Shown: positions 1-9,636 of the stretch, one piece after another | Numbering within the stretch: position 1 is the first letter of the stretch | Layout: every line of letters begins with the position of its first letter | From: a virus | Virus record (IMG/VR): IMGVR_UViG_3300025767_000013 | Coordinates: 6,658 to 70,657 of that record | Length of the DNA stretch: 64,000 nucleotides | Strand: one strand, 5' to 3' | Notes under the pieces: generated by a model | Databases searched by the model: none | Told to the model about the DNA's origin: nothing | Seen by the model: the letters and a program-made list of their open reading frames with translations, nothing else | Position numbers and translations under genes: made by a program

Positions 1-1641
1 CAAATCGTAGCAAAGGATAATAGAACGAATATCAACATTCCATTTATGAAGCAGGCGAACAAAGTAATCGCTAAAACCATAATGAGAAAATCTGATTTCA
101 AAACATCTTCACCTGAATATGAATTCGAAGCTAAAAAGAATGATGAGTTTGAATACAACGAACCATACGCATTGGGTGGTGGAATCTCTGAAGCAAACGC
201 AGTAAGTGGTGGTAAAGTTCACAAATACATTACTGGTAAAAATCTTACACTCAAAGGTAAGAAGTATTCAGATATTGAATTTGAAGTATTGGGTATTGAT
301 AACAAATCTCAGTTAGTTAAACTTAAAGTTCTATCTCCAAAGAATTTATTCGGTGAGGAAATCAATGTTCCATTCAAAACAATTAGAAGAGGACCATTTA
401 TTAAAACCAACACAAATATTAGTGAAGGTTTACTAACTGAAGGTGGGGCATACGGACATATGAATCATCCATTTGATACTGAAATCAATTTAACTTTCGG
501 ACAATTAAAAGATATTGTAAATAAAGCATTAGAAGGTAACTTAGAACTAACGAGAGAAAAAACCGATGGACAAGCATTGGCAATCTCTTGGGTAAATGGT
601 AGATTGGTTGCTGCTAGAAATAAAGGACACTTAAAGAACAAAGGAGCTGGTGCATTGGATATCAATGGGGTAGCAATGAAGTTCGCTGGTAGAGGTGAGT
701 TAGAGAAAGCTTACAACTTCGCAATGAAAGACCTTTCAAAAGCAATCTCCAAACTTTCGGAAAAACAAAGAGAGAAAATATTCAAAGGTGGGGCGTGTTT
801 TATGAATTTGGAAGTAATCTATCCAACTTCTGTTAATGTAATTCCTTACGGACAAGCACTCTTAGTATTCCACGGAACAATGGAGTATAATGAGGATGGT
901 ATTGCAATTGGTGAGAATCAAGAAGCAGCTAAAATATTGGCTGGTATGATTAAACAAATCAACGCAGATGTTCAATCCGCTTACACAATCCAAGGCCCAC
1001 CTGTAACTAAATTACCACAAAGTAAAAACCTATCCTCATTAAAAGGAAAGTATAATTCACAAATCTCAAAACTTCAATCTCAATTTAAGTTGAAGGATAG
1101 TGATGGAATCGCAGATTACCATCAAGCTTGGTGGACTGATTTTGTAACTAAGAAATCACCATCAACTTTAGATAACAAAACCTTAATGGGATTGGTTAAG
1201 AGATGGGCATTCTACGATAAATCATTTAGATTGGATAGTAAGAATATTTCAGACCCAAAAGTATTAGATTGGGCTCAAGGTATCGATAAAAATGACCACG
1301 CTAAAATAGCTAAAGATAACATCAGACCATTTGAAGATATTTTCTTAGGTGTAGGTTCAGATGTACTTTCATTTATGAGTTCAGTACTTACCGCAAATCC
1401 TAACTCAGCAGTTAGGGATATGAAGAAACGATTAGACCAAACTATCGCTGATGTTAAGAAAGGTGGAGACCCAAAGAAAGTTGCAAAACTTAAATTGGAG
1501 TTGGAAAGATTGAACGCAATCGGTGGTAAAGATAAGATTGTTCCAAACGAAGGAATCGTATTTGTGTATGGTGGAAAAACTTTCAAATTGACCGGAACCT
1601 TCGCACCATTGAACCAAATCTTAGGATTATTTTACGAATAG
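1..1641 (+). CDS. 5'-truncated multi-module protein with C-terminal ligase-like (covalent nucleotidyltransferase) domain; probable head cargo protein
   Basis: Frame is open from base 1 (QIVAKDNRTNINIPF-M46), so the true start lies upstream. C-terminal ~400 aa carries EKTDG, ARNK, NLEVI, LVFHG, EGIVF and KLTG in nucleotidyltransferase motif order. Modules are separated by ISE/LTE sites. Confidence 0.6.
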   Translation, partial: QIVAKDNRTNINIPFMKQANKVIAKTIMRKSDFKTSSPEYEFEAKKNDEFEYNEPYALGGGISEANAVSGGKVHKYITGKNLTLKGKKYSDIEFEVLGIDNKSQLVKLKVLSPKNLFGEEINVPFKTIRRGPFIKTNTNISEGLLTEGGAYGHMNHPFDTEINLTFGQLKDIVNKALEGNLELTREKTDGQALAISWVNGRLVAARNKGHLKNKGAGALDINGVAMKFAGRGELEKAYNFAMKDLSKAISKLSEKQREKIFKGGACFMNLEVIYPTSVNVIPYGQALLVFHGTMEYNEDGIAIGENQEAAKILAGMIKQINADVQSAYTIQGPPVTKLPQSKNLSSLKGKYNSQISKLQSQFKLKDSDGIADYHQAWWTDFVTKKSPSTLDNKTLMGLVKRWAFYDKSFRLDSKNISDPKVLDWAQGIDKNDHAKIAKDNIRPFEDIFLGVGSDVLSFMSSVLTANPNSAVRDMKKRLDQTIADVKKGGDPKKVAKLKLELERLNAIGGKDKIVPNEGIVFVYGGKTFKLTGTFAPLNQILGLFYE

Positions 1642-1653
1642 TAGAAAACCCAA

Positions 1654-1661
1654 TACTTATA
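1654..1661 (+). promoter_or_regulatory. putative late promoter element TACTTATA
   Basis: Variant of the A-TATTTATA motif recurring in intergenic gaps; about 25 nt before ATG 1686. Confidence 0.6.
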
Positions 1662-1685
1662 TATATAAGTATATAAAATAGGTTT

Positions 1686-2363
1686 ATGGCTGAAAAGGGA
1701 TTCAATAGAAAGTTCATGCATCCAACTCGTAGAAAGTTGGCTGATATGGTTTTCACTGGTAAATACGAAAAGAACACTCAAATAGGATTTTCCGATGCAA
1801 AAGAAGAAACCAAACGCAATGTTGGTGATATTTGGGAAGATAAGGATGGTAATGTTTGGGAACAAAAAGAGTATGGTAAAGTAAAACAATCTAAACTCAG
1901 TAATACAATGGTTGAGGTTAGAAAGTATCTTCAACAATTAAATACTTGCAAAGCAACTGATTGTGATGTAAGTGGAAGGTTCTCTAAATCAGATAAAAAA
2001 CTCATTTCAAAGACCGGTTATTGTGCTGGTTGTTTGGCTAAGAGAGAACTACAAATCAAACAAGATGGTTTATGGGAAGCATACGAACAATATAGAGTTT
2101 ACTCTAATATGGCAGCGTATGGAACTGAGGTTTTGGAAAAGTGGAATCAAGCCTTAAATGAAGTTACCAATATTCACGAATACATCAACGATGATGGTTC
2201 GATTGAAAAGTGGTCATCAAATGAGGATGTCCAAACTTTGAGAGTACAAATTGAATCCGATATTGAAAATGGTAAGAAGGAACTTACCGAAGTTATTGAA
2301 AAAAGAAACGCTGCATATGAATTGTTGAAAGACAAGAATTATGAGTTAGTTACTAAACTTTAA
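1686..2363 (+). CDS. hypothetical protein with putative Zn-finger
   Basis: 225-aa ORF; CKATDC...CAGC cysteine pairs; GDIWEDKDGNVWEQK motif; helical C-terminus. Confidence 0.75.
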   Translation: MAEKGFNRKFMHPTRRKLADMVFTGKYEKNTQIGFSDAKEETKRNVGDIWEDKDGNVWEQKEYGKVKQSKLSNTMVEVRKYLQQLNTCKATDCDVSGRFSKSDKKLISKTGYCAGCLAKRELQIKQDGLWEAYEQYRVYSNMAAYGTEVLEKWNQALNEVTNIHEYINDDGSIEKWSSNEDVQTLRVQIESDIENGKKELTEVIEKRNAAYELLKDKNYELVTKL

Positions 2364-2374
2364 TTTTAGAAACA

Positions 2375-2758
2375 ATGAAGGATAATAAGGTTTATTTAAT
2401 TTTGATTGTTATTTTAGGATTTGTTGGTTACACTATGTTCACAATGAGAGATATTAGAACCAATGTGGAATCCTTCAATCAAAAAATAGATTCTATCCAA
2501 AATGATATTGATTCAATTGCGTTAGTAAATTCGGAATTGGATAACAAGATAGAATCGTTACATTCTGAAATTGAACTTATTGATGGTGATATCAGTAGAG
2601 TTCAAAATAACATTTATACCATAAAGCAGAATACAGATGAAAAAGTTAATAATGTTGATGTTCTTACTTTTAATGAGCTTGTCGAGTTTTTCTCAAACCG
2701 TTACTCAAACAGACTCGATAGTAAGACTGGAAGTTCCGATAGTAAAGCTGGTAATTAA
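2375..2758 (+). CDS. membrane-anchored coiled-coil protein, i-spanin (Rz)-like
   Basis: N-terminal TM segment (VYLILIVILGFVGYTMF) then heptad-like coiled coil; overlaps the next ORF by 122 nt. Confidence 0.5.
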   Translation: MKDNKVYLILIVILGFVGYTMFTMRDIRTNVESFNQKIDSIQNDIDSIALVNSELDNKIESLHSEIELIDGDISRVQNNIYTIKQNTDEKVNNVDVLTFNELVEFFSNRYSNRLDSKTGSSDSKAGN

Positions 2759-3047
2759 GGATTTAGTTACCTTTGATGGTACTGTTTTGGAATTAACCGA
2801 AACAAAACGATTATTGGATTTATCTAATGATAAATTGTTATTGAAGGATGAGGTAATTGTTAACTTAAATACCAAAGTTCAGAATTTGGAAACTATCATC
2901 ACTAAAAAGGATGAACAATTTAAGTTGGAACGAGAAAAATCAGAACAACTCTTAAAAGAGTTAAAGGGGCAACGAAGAAAAACATTTTTCTATAAAGTGG
3001 GAACTTTTATAGGAGCTGGGGCACTTACCCTTTTATTAGTAAGATAA
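2637..3047 (+). CDS. secreted/membrane coiled-coil protein, possible spanin partner
   Basis: Signal peptide MKKLIMLMFLLLMSLSSFS-Q, coiled coil, C-terminal hydrophobic segment; starts inside the previous gene in another frame; no Cys. Confidence 0.5.
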   Translation: MKKLIMLMFLLLMSLSSFSQTVTQTDSIVRLEVPIVKLVIKDLVTFDGTVLELTETKRLLDLSNDKLLLKDEVIVNLNTKVQNLETIITKKDEQFKLEREKSEQLLKELKGQRRKTFFYKVGTFIGAGALTLLLVR

Positions 3048-3050
3048 TTT

Positions 3051-4634
3051 ATGGCTGAAGCTAAAAAGACATTAAAACAAATTATCGCTGAGGAATATCA
3101 GAGGTGTGCAAAAGACCCGATATACTTTATGCGAAAGTATTGTATGATTCAACATCCGGTGAGAGGAAAAATTCCCTTTCACCTTTTTCCGTTTCAAGAA
3201 GATACACTTACTCAATTCAAAGACCATCGTTACAACATCGTATTGAAATCTCGCCAAACTGGTATCTCAACACTAACCGCAGGATTCTCTTTGTGGAAAA
3301 TGTTATTCAATGATGATTACAATGTATTGGTAATTGCAACCAAACAAGAGGTAGCTAAGAACCTTGTAACGAAGGTTAGGGTGATGAACCAATACTTACC
3401 TTCTTGGTTAAAGTTAACAACCGTAGAAGATAACAAACTATCTCTGCGATACTCAAATGGTTCACAAATAAAAGCAACTTCAGCAGCTGGAGATGCCGGT
3501 CGTTCTGAAGCACTATCCCTTTTAGTATTTGATGAGGCAGCCTTCATTGATAAGATTGAAGAAATTTGGATTTCTGCACAATCTACTTTATCAACTGGTG
3601 GTTCTGCTATCGTACTATCTACGCCAAATGGTGTCGGTAACTTCTTCCACAAAACTTGGGTAGGTTCTGAAGATGGAACTAATGGATTCAATAACATCCG
3701 AATTCATTGGAGTGTTCACCCTGAAAGGGAGCAAGCATGGAGAGATGAGCAAGAGGTTCTATTAGGACCAAAAGGAGCAGCGCAGGAATGTGATTGTGAT
3801 TTTGTTTCTTCGGGTGATTCAGTTATTGACCCACAACTATTACAATTCTACAAAGATACCTATGTACAAGAACCAGTTGAAAGAGGTGGATTCGATGGTA
3901 ATCTTTGGAAATGGGAATATCCAAACTATTCAAAATCATATATGGTTGTAGCGGACGTTGCGAGGGGAGATTCTTCCGACTACTCCGCTGCGCATGTAAT
4001 TGATGTTGAGGATTCATCTCAAGTAGCAGAATATAGAGGTAAGTTGGATACAAAGGATTTTGGAAATTTCTTAGTAGCATTAGCAACCGAATACAATAAC
4101 GCATTGTTGGTGATTGAAAACGCAAATGTTGGATGGGCAGCTATTCAACAAGTAATCGATAGAAACTATTCTAATCTTTACTATATGAGTAAGGATTTGA
4201 AATATGTGGATGTGGAGAATCAATTATCAAACAAATATCGTTCTGAGGATAGGGGAATGGTGGCTGGATTCTCAACAACATCAAGAACTCGTCCTTTGAT
4301 TATCTCAAAGTTGGAAGAATATGTTAGAGAAAAATCTATCACAATCCGTTCAGTAAGAACCATTGATGAGTTGTTCACATTTATTTGGAACAATGGTAGA
4401 GCTGAAGCAATGCGAGGTTACAATGATGACCTTACAATGGCATTGGCAATCTCACTTTGGGTAAGAGATACAGCTCTTAGATTAAGACAAGAGGGGATTG
4501 ATTTAACAAAACAGGCACTTAATGGTATATCTTCATATACTTATACTGGGATATATGGTGGAAACGATATAGATGAAAACCCTTGGCAAATGAAAATTGG
4601 AGATTCCGTTGAGGACCTATCAAAATGGTTATAA
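3051..4634 (+). CDS. terL: terminase large subunit (T4 gp17-like)
   Basis: LFPFQ Q-motif, Walker A KSRQTGIST, Walker B LLVFDEAAF, motif III STPNG, RNase H-like nuclease with ADVARG, DYSA and NDDLTMA. Confidence 0.97.
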   Translation: MAEAKKTLKQIIAEEYQRCAKDPIYFMRKYCMIQHPVRGKIPFHLFPFQEDTLTQFKDHRYNIVLKSRQTGISTLTAGFSLWKMLFNDDYNVLVIATKQEVAKNLVTKVRVMNQYLPSWLKLTTVEDNKLSLRYSNGSQIKATSAAGDAGRSEALSLLVFDEAAFIDKIEEIWISAQSTLSTGGSAIVLSTPNGVGNFFHKTWVGSEDGTNGFNNIRIHWSVHPEREQAWRDEQEVLLGPKGAAQECDCDFVSSGDSVIDPQLLQFYKDTYVQEPVERGGFDGNLWKWEYPNYSKSYMVVADVARGDSSDYSAAHVIDVEDSSQVAEYRGKLDTKDFGNFLVALATEYNNALLVIENANVGWAAIQQVIDRNYSNLYYMSKDLKYVDVENQLSNKYRSEDRGMVAGFSTTSRTRPLIISKLEEYVREKSITIRSVRTIDELFTFIWNNGRAEAMRGYNDDLTMALAISLWVRDTALRLRQEGIDLTKQALNGISSYTYTGIYGGNDIDENPWQMKIGDSVEDLSKWL

Positions 4635-4647
4635 TTTGGAATTATGA

Positions 4648-4655
4648 TATTTATA
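4648..4655 (+). promoter_or_regulatory. putative late promoter element TATTTATA
   Basis: Recurrent intergenic motif, about 29 nt upstream of ATG 4684. Confidence 0.65.
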
Positions 4656-4683
4656 TAGTATAAGTAATTATTTGATTTTACAC

Positions 4684-5091
4684 ATGGAAAATTATACTTC
4701 TCAACTTTACAAAGAATTTAAGAATATCCACAAAGAGGATATTTTAGAATACGATGTGGAAAATTACTATGACTTAAAAGAATTTGTTGATTTTTTGAAT
4801 AACTTAAAAGAAGATATCAACGAAGCTGAATATCAAGGTAGAGAAGTAAAACTTAACAAACCTATGAGAGGTGATGTTAAAAAATTCAAAGTTTATGTTA
4901 AAAATGAAAAGGGAAATGTTGTGAAGGTAAACTTTGGACATGGTGGTTCTTCTGCTAAAGCAGCGGGAGAAGAAACTATGAGGATTAAGAAAGATAATCC
5001 AGACCGAAGAGCAGCATTTAGAGCTAGACATAATTGTGATAGTCCTGGTCCGAGAACCGGAGCAAGATATTGGAGTTGTAAAGCTTGGTAA
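4684..5091 (+). CDS. conserved phage hypothetical protein, probable head cargo
   Basis: ATG 4684 preferred to TTG 4672. Acidic N-terminus, then DINE-AEYQG, then basic domain ending RRAAFRARHNC...ARYWSCKAW, a motif seen in T4-like phage small proteins. Confidence 0.75.
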   Translation: MENYTSQLYKEFKNIHKEDILEYDVENYYDLKEFVDFLNNLKEDINEAEYQGREVKLNKPMRGDVKKFKVYVKNEKGNVVKVNFGHGGSSAKAAGEETMRIKKDNPDRRAAFRARHNCDSPGPRTGARYWSCKAW

Positions 5092-5120
5092 AAATAAAGG
5101 TTATAAAATAAAGAAACAAA

Positions 5121-6875
5121 ATGGCAGAACAACAAAATAGTTCATTCTTTCAGAGACTAACGAAACTCTTCTCCACCCAAGCGGTTGTAACAATCGATGC
5201 GGAAGGTAAGAGAAAGATTAAGGATGTCGATGATAGACAGCAGGGTAGTACCAACTTAATGAATTTAAGAGATAGGTACACTAAACTTCAGCGTTCATTC
5301 TATGGTGACCAAATGGCAGCCCAATCAATGGCATATCACCAAGTTCGTAGAGAATTATTTAGAGATTACGATGCTATGGATAATGACCCCATTATCTCAT
5401 CCGCATTAGATATCTACGCTGATGAATCTACTTTGAAAAATGAGTTTGGAGAAGTAGTTCAAATCAAAACACAAAACGAAAGAGTTAAAGAAATCTTAGA
5501 AAACCTTTTCTATGATATTCTTAATGTAGAGTTTAACCTTTGGGCATGGACTCGAAATATGGTGAAATATGGTGATTTCTTTTTATCATTAGAAATTCAG
5601 CCAGGCAGTGGTATCATTAATGTAAAACCACTTCCAGTTTACGAAACTGAAAGATTGGAGAATACTGATGCAAACAATCCAAACTATGTAAAGTTCAAAG
5701 TTAACCATGACCCAAATGGTAAGGGTGAGTATGAGAACTTTGAAATCGTTCACTTCCGTTTATTATCAGATACAAACTTCCTTCCTTATGGTAAGGCAAT
5801 GATTGAGAATGGTAGAAGAATTTGGAAGCAGGTTTCTTTGATGGAAGATGCGATGTTAATCCATAGAATTATGAGAGCTCCGGATAAAAGAGTTTTCAAA
5901 ATTGATATTGGTAACATACCACCGCAAGAAGTAGATAACTACATGCAGAAGATTATCAACAAAATGAAGAAAACTCCATTTGTTGACAAGAATACTGGTG
6001 ATTACAACTTAAAGTATAACATCCAAAACCTAACCGAAGATTTCTTCTTACCTGTTAGAGGTGGTGATAGTGGTACTGAGATTGATTCATTGGGTGGATT
6101 ACAATACACCGCAATTGAAGATATCGATTACCTAAAGAACAAAATGTTCGCAGCTCTTAAAATTCCAAAAGCATATTTGGGATATGATGAGAATGTAAAT
6201 GGTAAAGCAACTTTGGCAGCAGAAGATGTTAGATTTGCAAGAACGATTGAAAGAATCCAAAGAACATTAGTATCCGAACTTACTAAACTTGCTGTTGTTC
6301 ACTTAGCATCACAAGGTATTGAAGGTTCTGATATGGTTGATTTCGAATTGAATTTGGTAAATCCATCTACAATTTATGAACAAGAGAAAGTAAACCTTTG
6401 GAGTGAAAAAGTGAGATTGGTTTCTGATATTACTCAATTGAATATGATTTCAAAAGAGTGGGCATATGAGAACATCTTTAATATGAGTAAGGATGAAATC
6501 GACCATCAGAAAACAAATCTTATCAATGATATTAAGGATAGATATCGTTATCGTATGATTGAGGATGAGGGTAATGACCCTGCGGTTCAATCAGAACCAT
6601 CGGATGTTGAGAATGAGTTGGAAGAATTAAAAACCGAACTCAGTAACAAAGGTGGTAGACCAAGAGAGGGTAACACTTATGGTAAAGATAAACACCCATA
6701 TGGTAGAGACCCATTAGGAGCAAAGGAAAATCAAAAAGCACTTAAAAAAGAAGTTTCATCTGAAAAAATGGCCCATAAATTAGCCAAAGAATATGTAAAT
6801 GGAATTTCAGCAAAGAAGAGAGTAATTTCTGAAAAGAAGGACTTTTTGAATGATGACAATTTGTTAGACGATTAA
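5121..6875 (+). CDS. portal vertex protein (T4 gp20-like)
   Basis: LMEDAMLIHRIMRAPDKRVFKIDIGNIP, EDFFLPVRGGDSGTEIDSL and ALKIPKAYL are gp20 family signatures. Confidence 0.96.
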   Translation: MAEQQNSSFFQRLTKLFSTQAVVTIDAEGKRKIKDVDDRQQGSTNLMNLRDRYTKLQRSFYGDQMAAQSMAYHQVRRELFRDYDAMDNDPIISSALDIYADESTLKNEFGEVVQIKTQNERVKEILENLFYDILNVEFNLWAWTRNMVKYGDFFLSLEIQPGSGIINVKPLPVYETERLENTDANNPNYVKFKVNHDPNGKGEYENFEIVHFRLLSDTNFLPYGKAMIENGRRIWKQVSLMEDAMLIHRIMRAPDKRVFKIDIGNIPPQEVDNYMQKIINKMKKTPFVDKNTGDYNLKYNIQNLTEDFFLPVRGGDSGTEIDSLGGLQYTAIEDIDYLKNKMFAALKIPKAYLGYDENVNGKATLAAEDVRFARTIERIQRTLVSELTKLAVVHLASQGIEGSDMVDFELNLVNPSTIYEQEKVNLWSEKVRLVSDITQLNMISKEWAYENIFNMSKDEIDHQKTNLINDIKDRYRYRMIEDEGNDPAVQSEPSDVENELEELKTELSNKGGRPREGNTYGKDKHPYGRDPLGAKENQKALKKEVSSEKMAHKLAKEYVNGISAKKRVISEKKDFLNDDNLLDD

Positions 6876-6901
6876 AAAATTAATAAATAAAAATAAAGTT
6901 A

Positions 6902-6909
6902 TATTTATA
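6902..6909 (+). promoter_or_regulatory. putative late promoter element TATTTATA
   Basis: Recurrent intergenic motif upstream of ATG 6958. Confidence 0.65.
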
Positions 6910-6957
6910 TACGATAGATTTTCGTATAGGAATATATTATTATAGGATAAAAAAGTA

Positions 6958-7836
6958 ATGAAGAGGGTAAAACATTCAAAATTCAAAAATACGGGTATTC
7001 TATTTGAGCTACTTGTGAGGCAAATCACATTGGAGGTCTTAAATGGTGATACTACCGAAAAGGCGAAGAAAATTGTTAAAGAGTTCTTCTCTTCCAGCAC
7101 GGAATTGAACAAAGAACTTAGACTATATGATTTGCTTATAAAAGAAAGATACAATTCAGAATCAAGAGCTGAGAAATTCATTGATACTGTCAATGAAGCT
7201 CACGATAGAATTGACCAAAATAAACTACAAAGAGAGAAGTATAATCTTATCAAAAAGATTAACGAATCATTCAATATGGATGAGTTCTTATCTTCTCCTA
7301 TTTCGAACTATAAAGTTCTTGCATCTATCTATAAGATTTTTGAATCGAAGAGATATACCGATTATGATGTAAAGGATGTATTTAACTCAAAAATTACCCT
7401 CATTGAGAATATCACATCAAAACCATCAACATTGGTAGAAACAAAAGATTCGGCAGATAAAATTGTTGAATCATATAAAAAGCAAGACAAAGATTTAAGA
7501 TTACTTACCTATAAAATCTTAGTTGAAACTTTCAACAAAAAGTATTCTAATTTAGATGAAAATCAAAAACAACTATTAAAGCAGTATATTAACAATATTA
7601 CTAATACTACTGGATTTAAGTCTTATGTTGAAAAAGAAATCCCATCTATTGTTGCTGAATTAAATCAAATTCAAAAGCAAATCAAAGATAAAGTAACTAA
7701 AATCAAATTATCAGAAACCATTTCTGTATTAAAGAAAACCAAAATTGGTAAGGTGGTATCTGATAACCACGTTTCATCGTTGATGATTTCATACGAACTT
7801 ATAAAGGAGTTAAAGGAAAAGGTAAATGGAAAGTAA
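6958..7836 (+). CDS. hypothetical helical protein in head cluster (possible prohead core component)
   Basis: 292-aa Lys/Glu-rich ORF between portal and protease; begins KHSKFKNTGILFELL. Confidence 0.7.
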   Translation: MKRVKHSKFKNTGILFELLVRQITLEVLNGDTTEKAKKIVKEFFSSSTELNKELRLYDLLIKERYNSESRAEKFIDTVNEAHDRIDQNKLQREKYNLIKKINESFNMDEFLSSPISNYKVLASIYKIFESKRYTDYDVKDVFNSKITLIENITSKPSTLVETKDSADKIVESYKKQDKDLRLLTYKILVETFNKKYSNLDENQKQLLKQYINNITNTTGFKSYVEKEIPSIVAELNQIQKQIKDKVTKIKLSETISVLKKTKIGKVVSDNHVSSLMISYELIKELKEKVNGK

Positions 7837-8275
7837 GTTAAAGGAACTTATTGAAGATTTAATTGCTGAGATTGAACAAGAAGATTTGGAAATCGAAGAA
7901 GCAACCACTACATCCAATGTAGATGGCTACAATACTCCTAATGCTTTCAAAGATTCGGATGGAACTGATGAAGATGATGAACCTGAAAATGATTTTATAG
8001 ATAGAATCAATACATCCACTGGTTATAAAAGAGTAGACGAAAATCGTTGGCATGAATTAAGAAAAGATGAATCCTCTCCCAAAGCAAAAATTGGTAAGGG
8101 GATTTCGAATGTCAATAGACAACTTTCGGAAATCGAAACATTCCTTAGATGGTATGGTAAGATTAAAAACGAAAGTGGAATCGATAAAGACCAGTATTGG
8201 AAAAGAACACAAAAAAACTTATTCAAAATCAGAGAGAGGTTGAATAACATCGTAACATCAATTAGCAAATTATAA
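7826..8275 (+). CDS. hypothetical head-cluster protein
   Basis: 149 aa; LEIEE-ATTTSNVDGYNTPNAF motif; coiled-coil C-terminus; overlaps the previous stop. Confidence 0.7.
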   Translation: MESKLKELIEDLIAEIEQEDLEIEEATTTSNVDGYNTPNAFKDSDGTDEDDEPENDFIDRINTSTGYKRVDENRWHELRKDESSPKAKIGKGISNVNRQLSEIETFLRWYGKIKNESGIDKDQYWKRTQKNLFKIRERLNNIVTSISKL

Positions 8276-8290
8276 TTGGGAATTAGAACT

Positions 8291-9625
8291 ATGAGCATTA
8301 CCAAAGAACAATTGAAGGAAACACTTCGTAACATAATGAAAGAAGAATCTGATTATCAGACATTCTTCAAAGCAGCTTTAGAAAAAGCAGGAAAATCAAT
8401 TCCATCAATGTCTGATGATGAAAAGAAAGTATTCTTTAATAAGATTGATGCTGCTTGGGATGGTAAAGGTGAGAAGAACGAAGAGTTAACTGGAAACCAA
8501 CACAAATTGGATATTGATGGTGATGGTGAAATTGAAGCATCTGATTTAGCAGCATTAAGAGCTAAAAAAGATGAATCAGTAACCGAAGGTAAAAAAAGAT
8601 TTAATACTATGTATGGTGTTGGTAAATCGAAATATGTAGTAAACTATCACGATGGTTCAAAGAAACACAAGGATGGTAGTGATTTCTTTGATATTCAAAC
8701 TTTCAAAAATCAAAAAGACTTTGATAAATTCCAAAAAGCGCTTTTACAAAAAGGATTCATTGAAGAATCAGTAAACGAAGCAGCTAGTAGAACCGCAATG
8801 GAAATTGGTGGTTTGACTGGAATGAACAAAGATGCAATCCAAAAGTTTGTTGATACTAATGAGTTGGATATTGAAAAGGTTTTTCAATTTGTTAAAAAAG
8901 GAAAACTGTCAGATAGAATGGATTTGGTATCTGCAATTGCTGGAAAGCCAGGTAATCCTATTCAAAAGAAAATGATTAAGATGTTCGGTGAATCAGTAAA
9001 CGAAGGCGTTTCTCCAAAGGATATGGATAAAATCAAAACCGCAGTAGAAGCAGCATCTTCATTTATGGGAATTGGTTCTGAGTTAAAGAAATCTGGATTA
9101 AAGTATGTATTCGCTACATCTCCAATGCCAATTTATGTAGTTCAACCAACTCCTAATAATAGAGTTGTTATCGTAAATAAGAAATACGCATCTAAACCTG
9201 ATTTCGTTTATGGTGATACCGCAGTTGGTGTAATGGAATCTCTTACTGAAGGTAGAGCATTTATCAACGCAGCTAAGAAAGCAAAAGCTGAAGGTAAAAC
9301 CGAATTTGAATTCAATGGTAAAACCTACCCAGTAACCATCAAAGAAAATTTAACTGAAGCAAGATTAGGTAAAGTTGCTTTGTTAAAGCAAGTTGAAAAA
9401 GGTAACACATCTCAAATAGAGGGTGTAAAGATTTCTTCGGATTTGGCATTCGAATTAAGAATGTTCTTAGAAAGACCAATTATGGCAAGAAGTAGAACTG
9501 GTATCGCTATTGATAATTCACAGATGAAGGATGCACTTAAAATGATGGTGAATGCTGGAATTGAAAAAAGATTATCTGGTGGTGTTAAAGCTGAATTCAA
9601 AAAATTAATTGAAAAATACAAATAA
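8291..9625 (+). CDS. modular internal head (cargo) polyprotein
   Basis: ATG 8291 preferred to TTG 8276. Unrelated 30-80 aa modules separated by ESVTE, ESVNE, ESVNE, ESLTE and ENLTE linkers; includes EF-hand-like DIDGDGEIEASD. Confidence 0.65.
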   Translation: MSITKEQLKETLRNIMKEESDYQTFFKAALEKAGKSIPSMSDDEKKVFFNKIDAAWDGKGEKNEELTGNQHKLDIDGDGEIEASDLAALRAKKDESVTEGKKRFNTMYGVGKSKYVVNYHDGSKKHKDGSDFFDIQTFKNQKDFDKFQKALLQKGFIEESVNEAASRTAMEIGGLTGMNKDAIQKFVDTNELDIEKVFQFVKKGKLSDRMDLVSAIAGKPGNPIQKKMIKMFGESVNEGVSPKDMDKIKTAVEAASSFMGIGSELKKSGLKYVFATSPMPIYVVQPTPNNRVVIVNKKYASKPDFVYGDTAVGVMESLTEGRAFINAAKKAKAEGKTEFEFNGKTYPVTIKENLTEARLGKVALLKQVEKGNTSQIEGVKISSDLAFELRMFLERPIMARSRTGIAIDNSQMKDALKMMVNAGIEKRLSGGVKAEFKKLIEKYK

Positions 9626-9636
9626 GGAATACCAAT

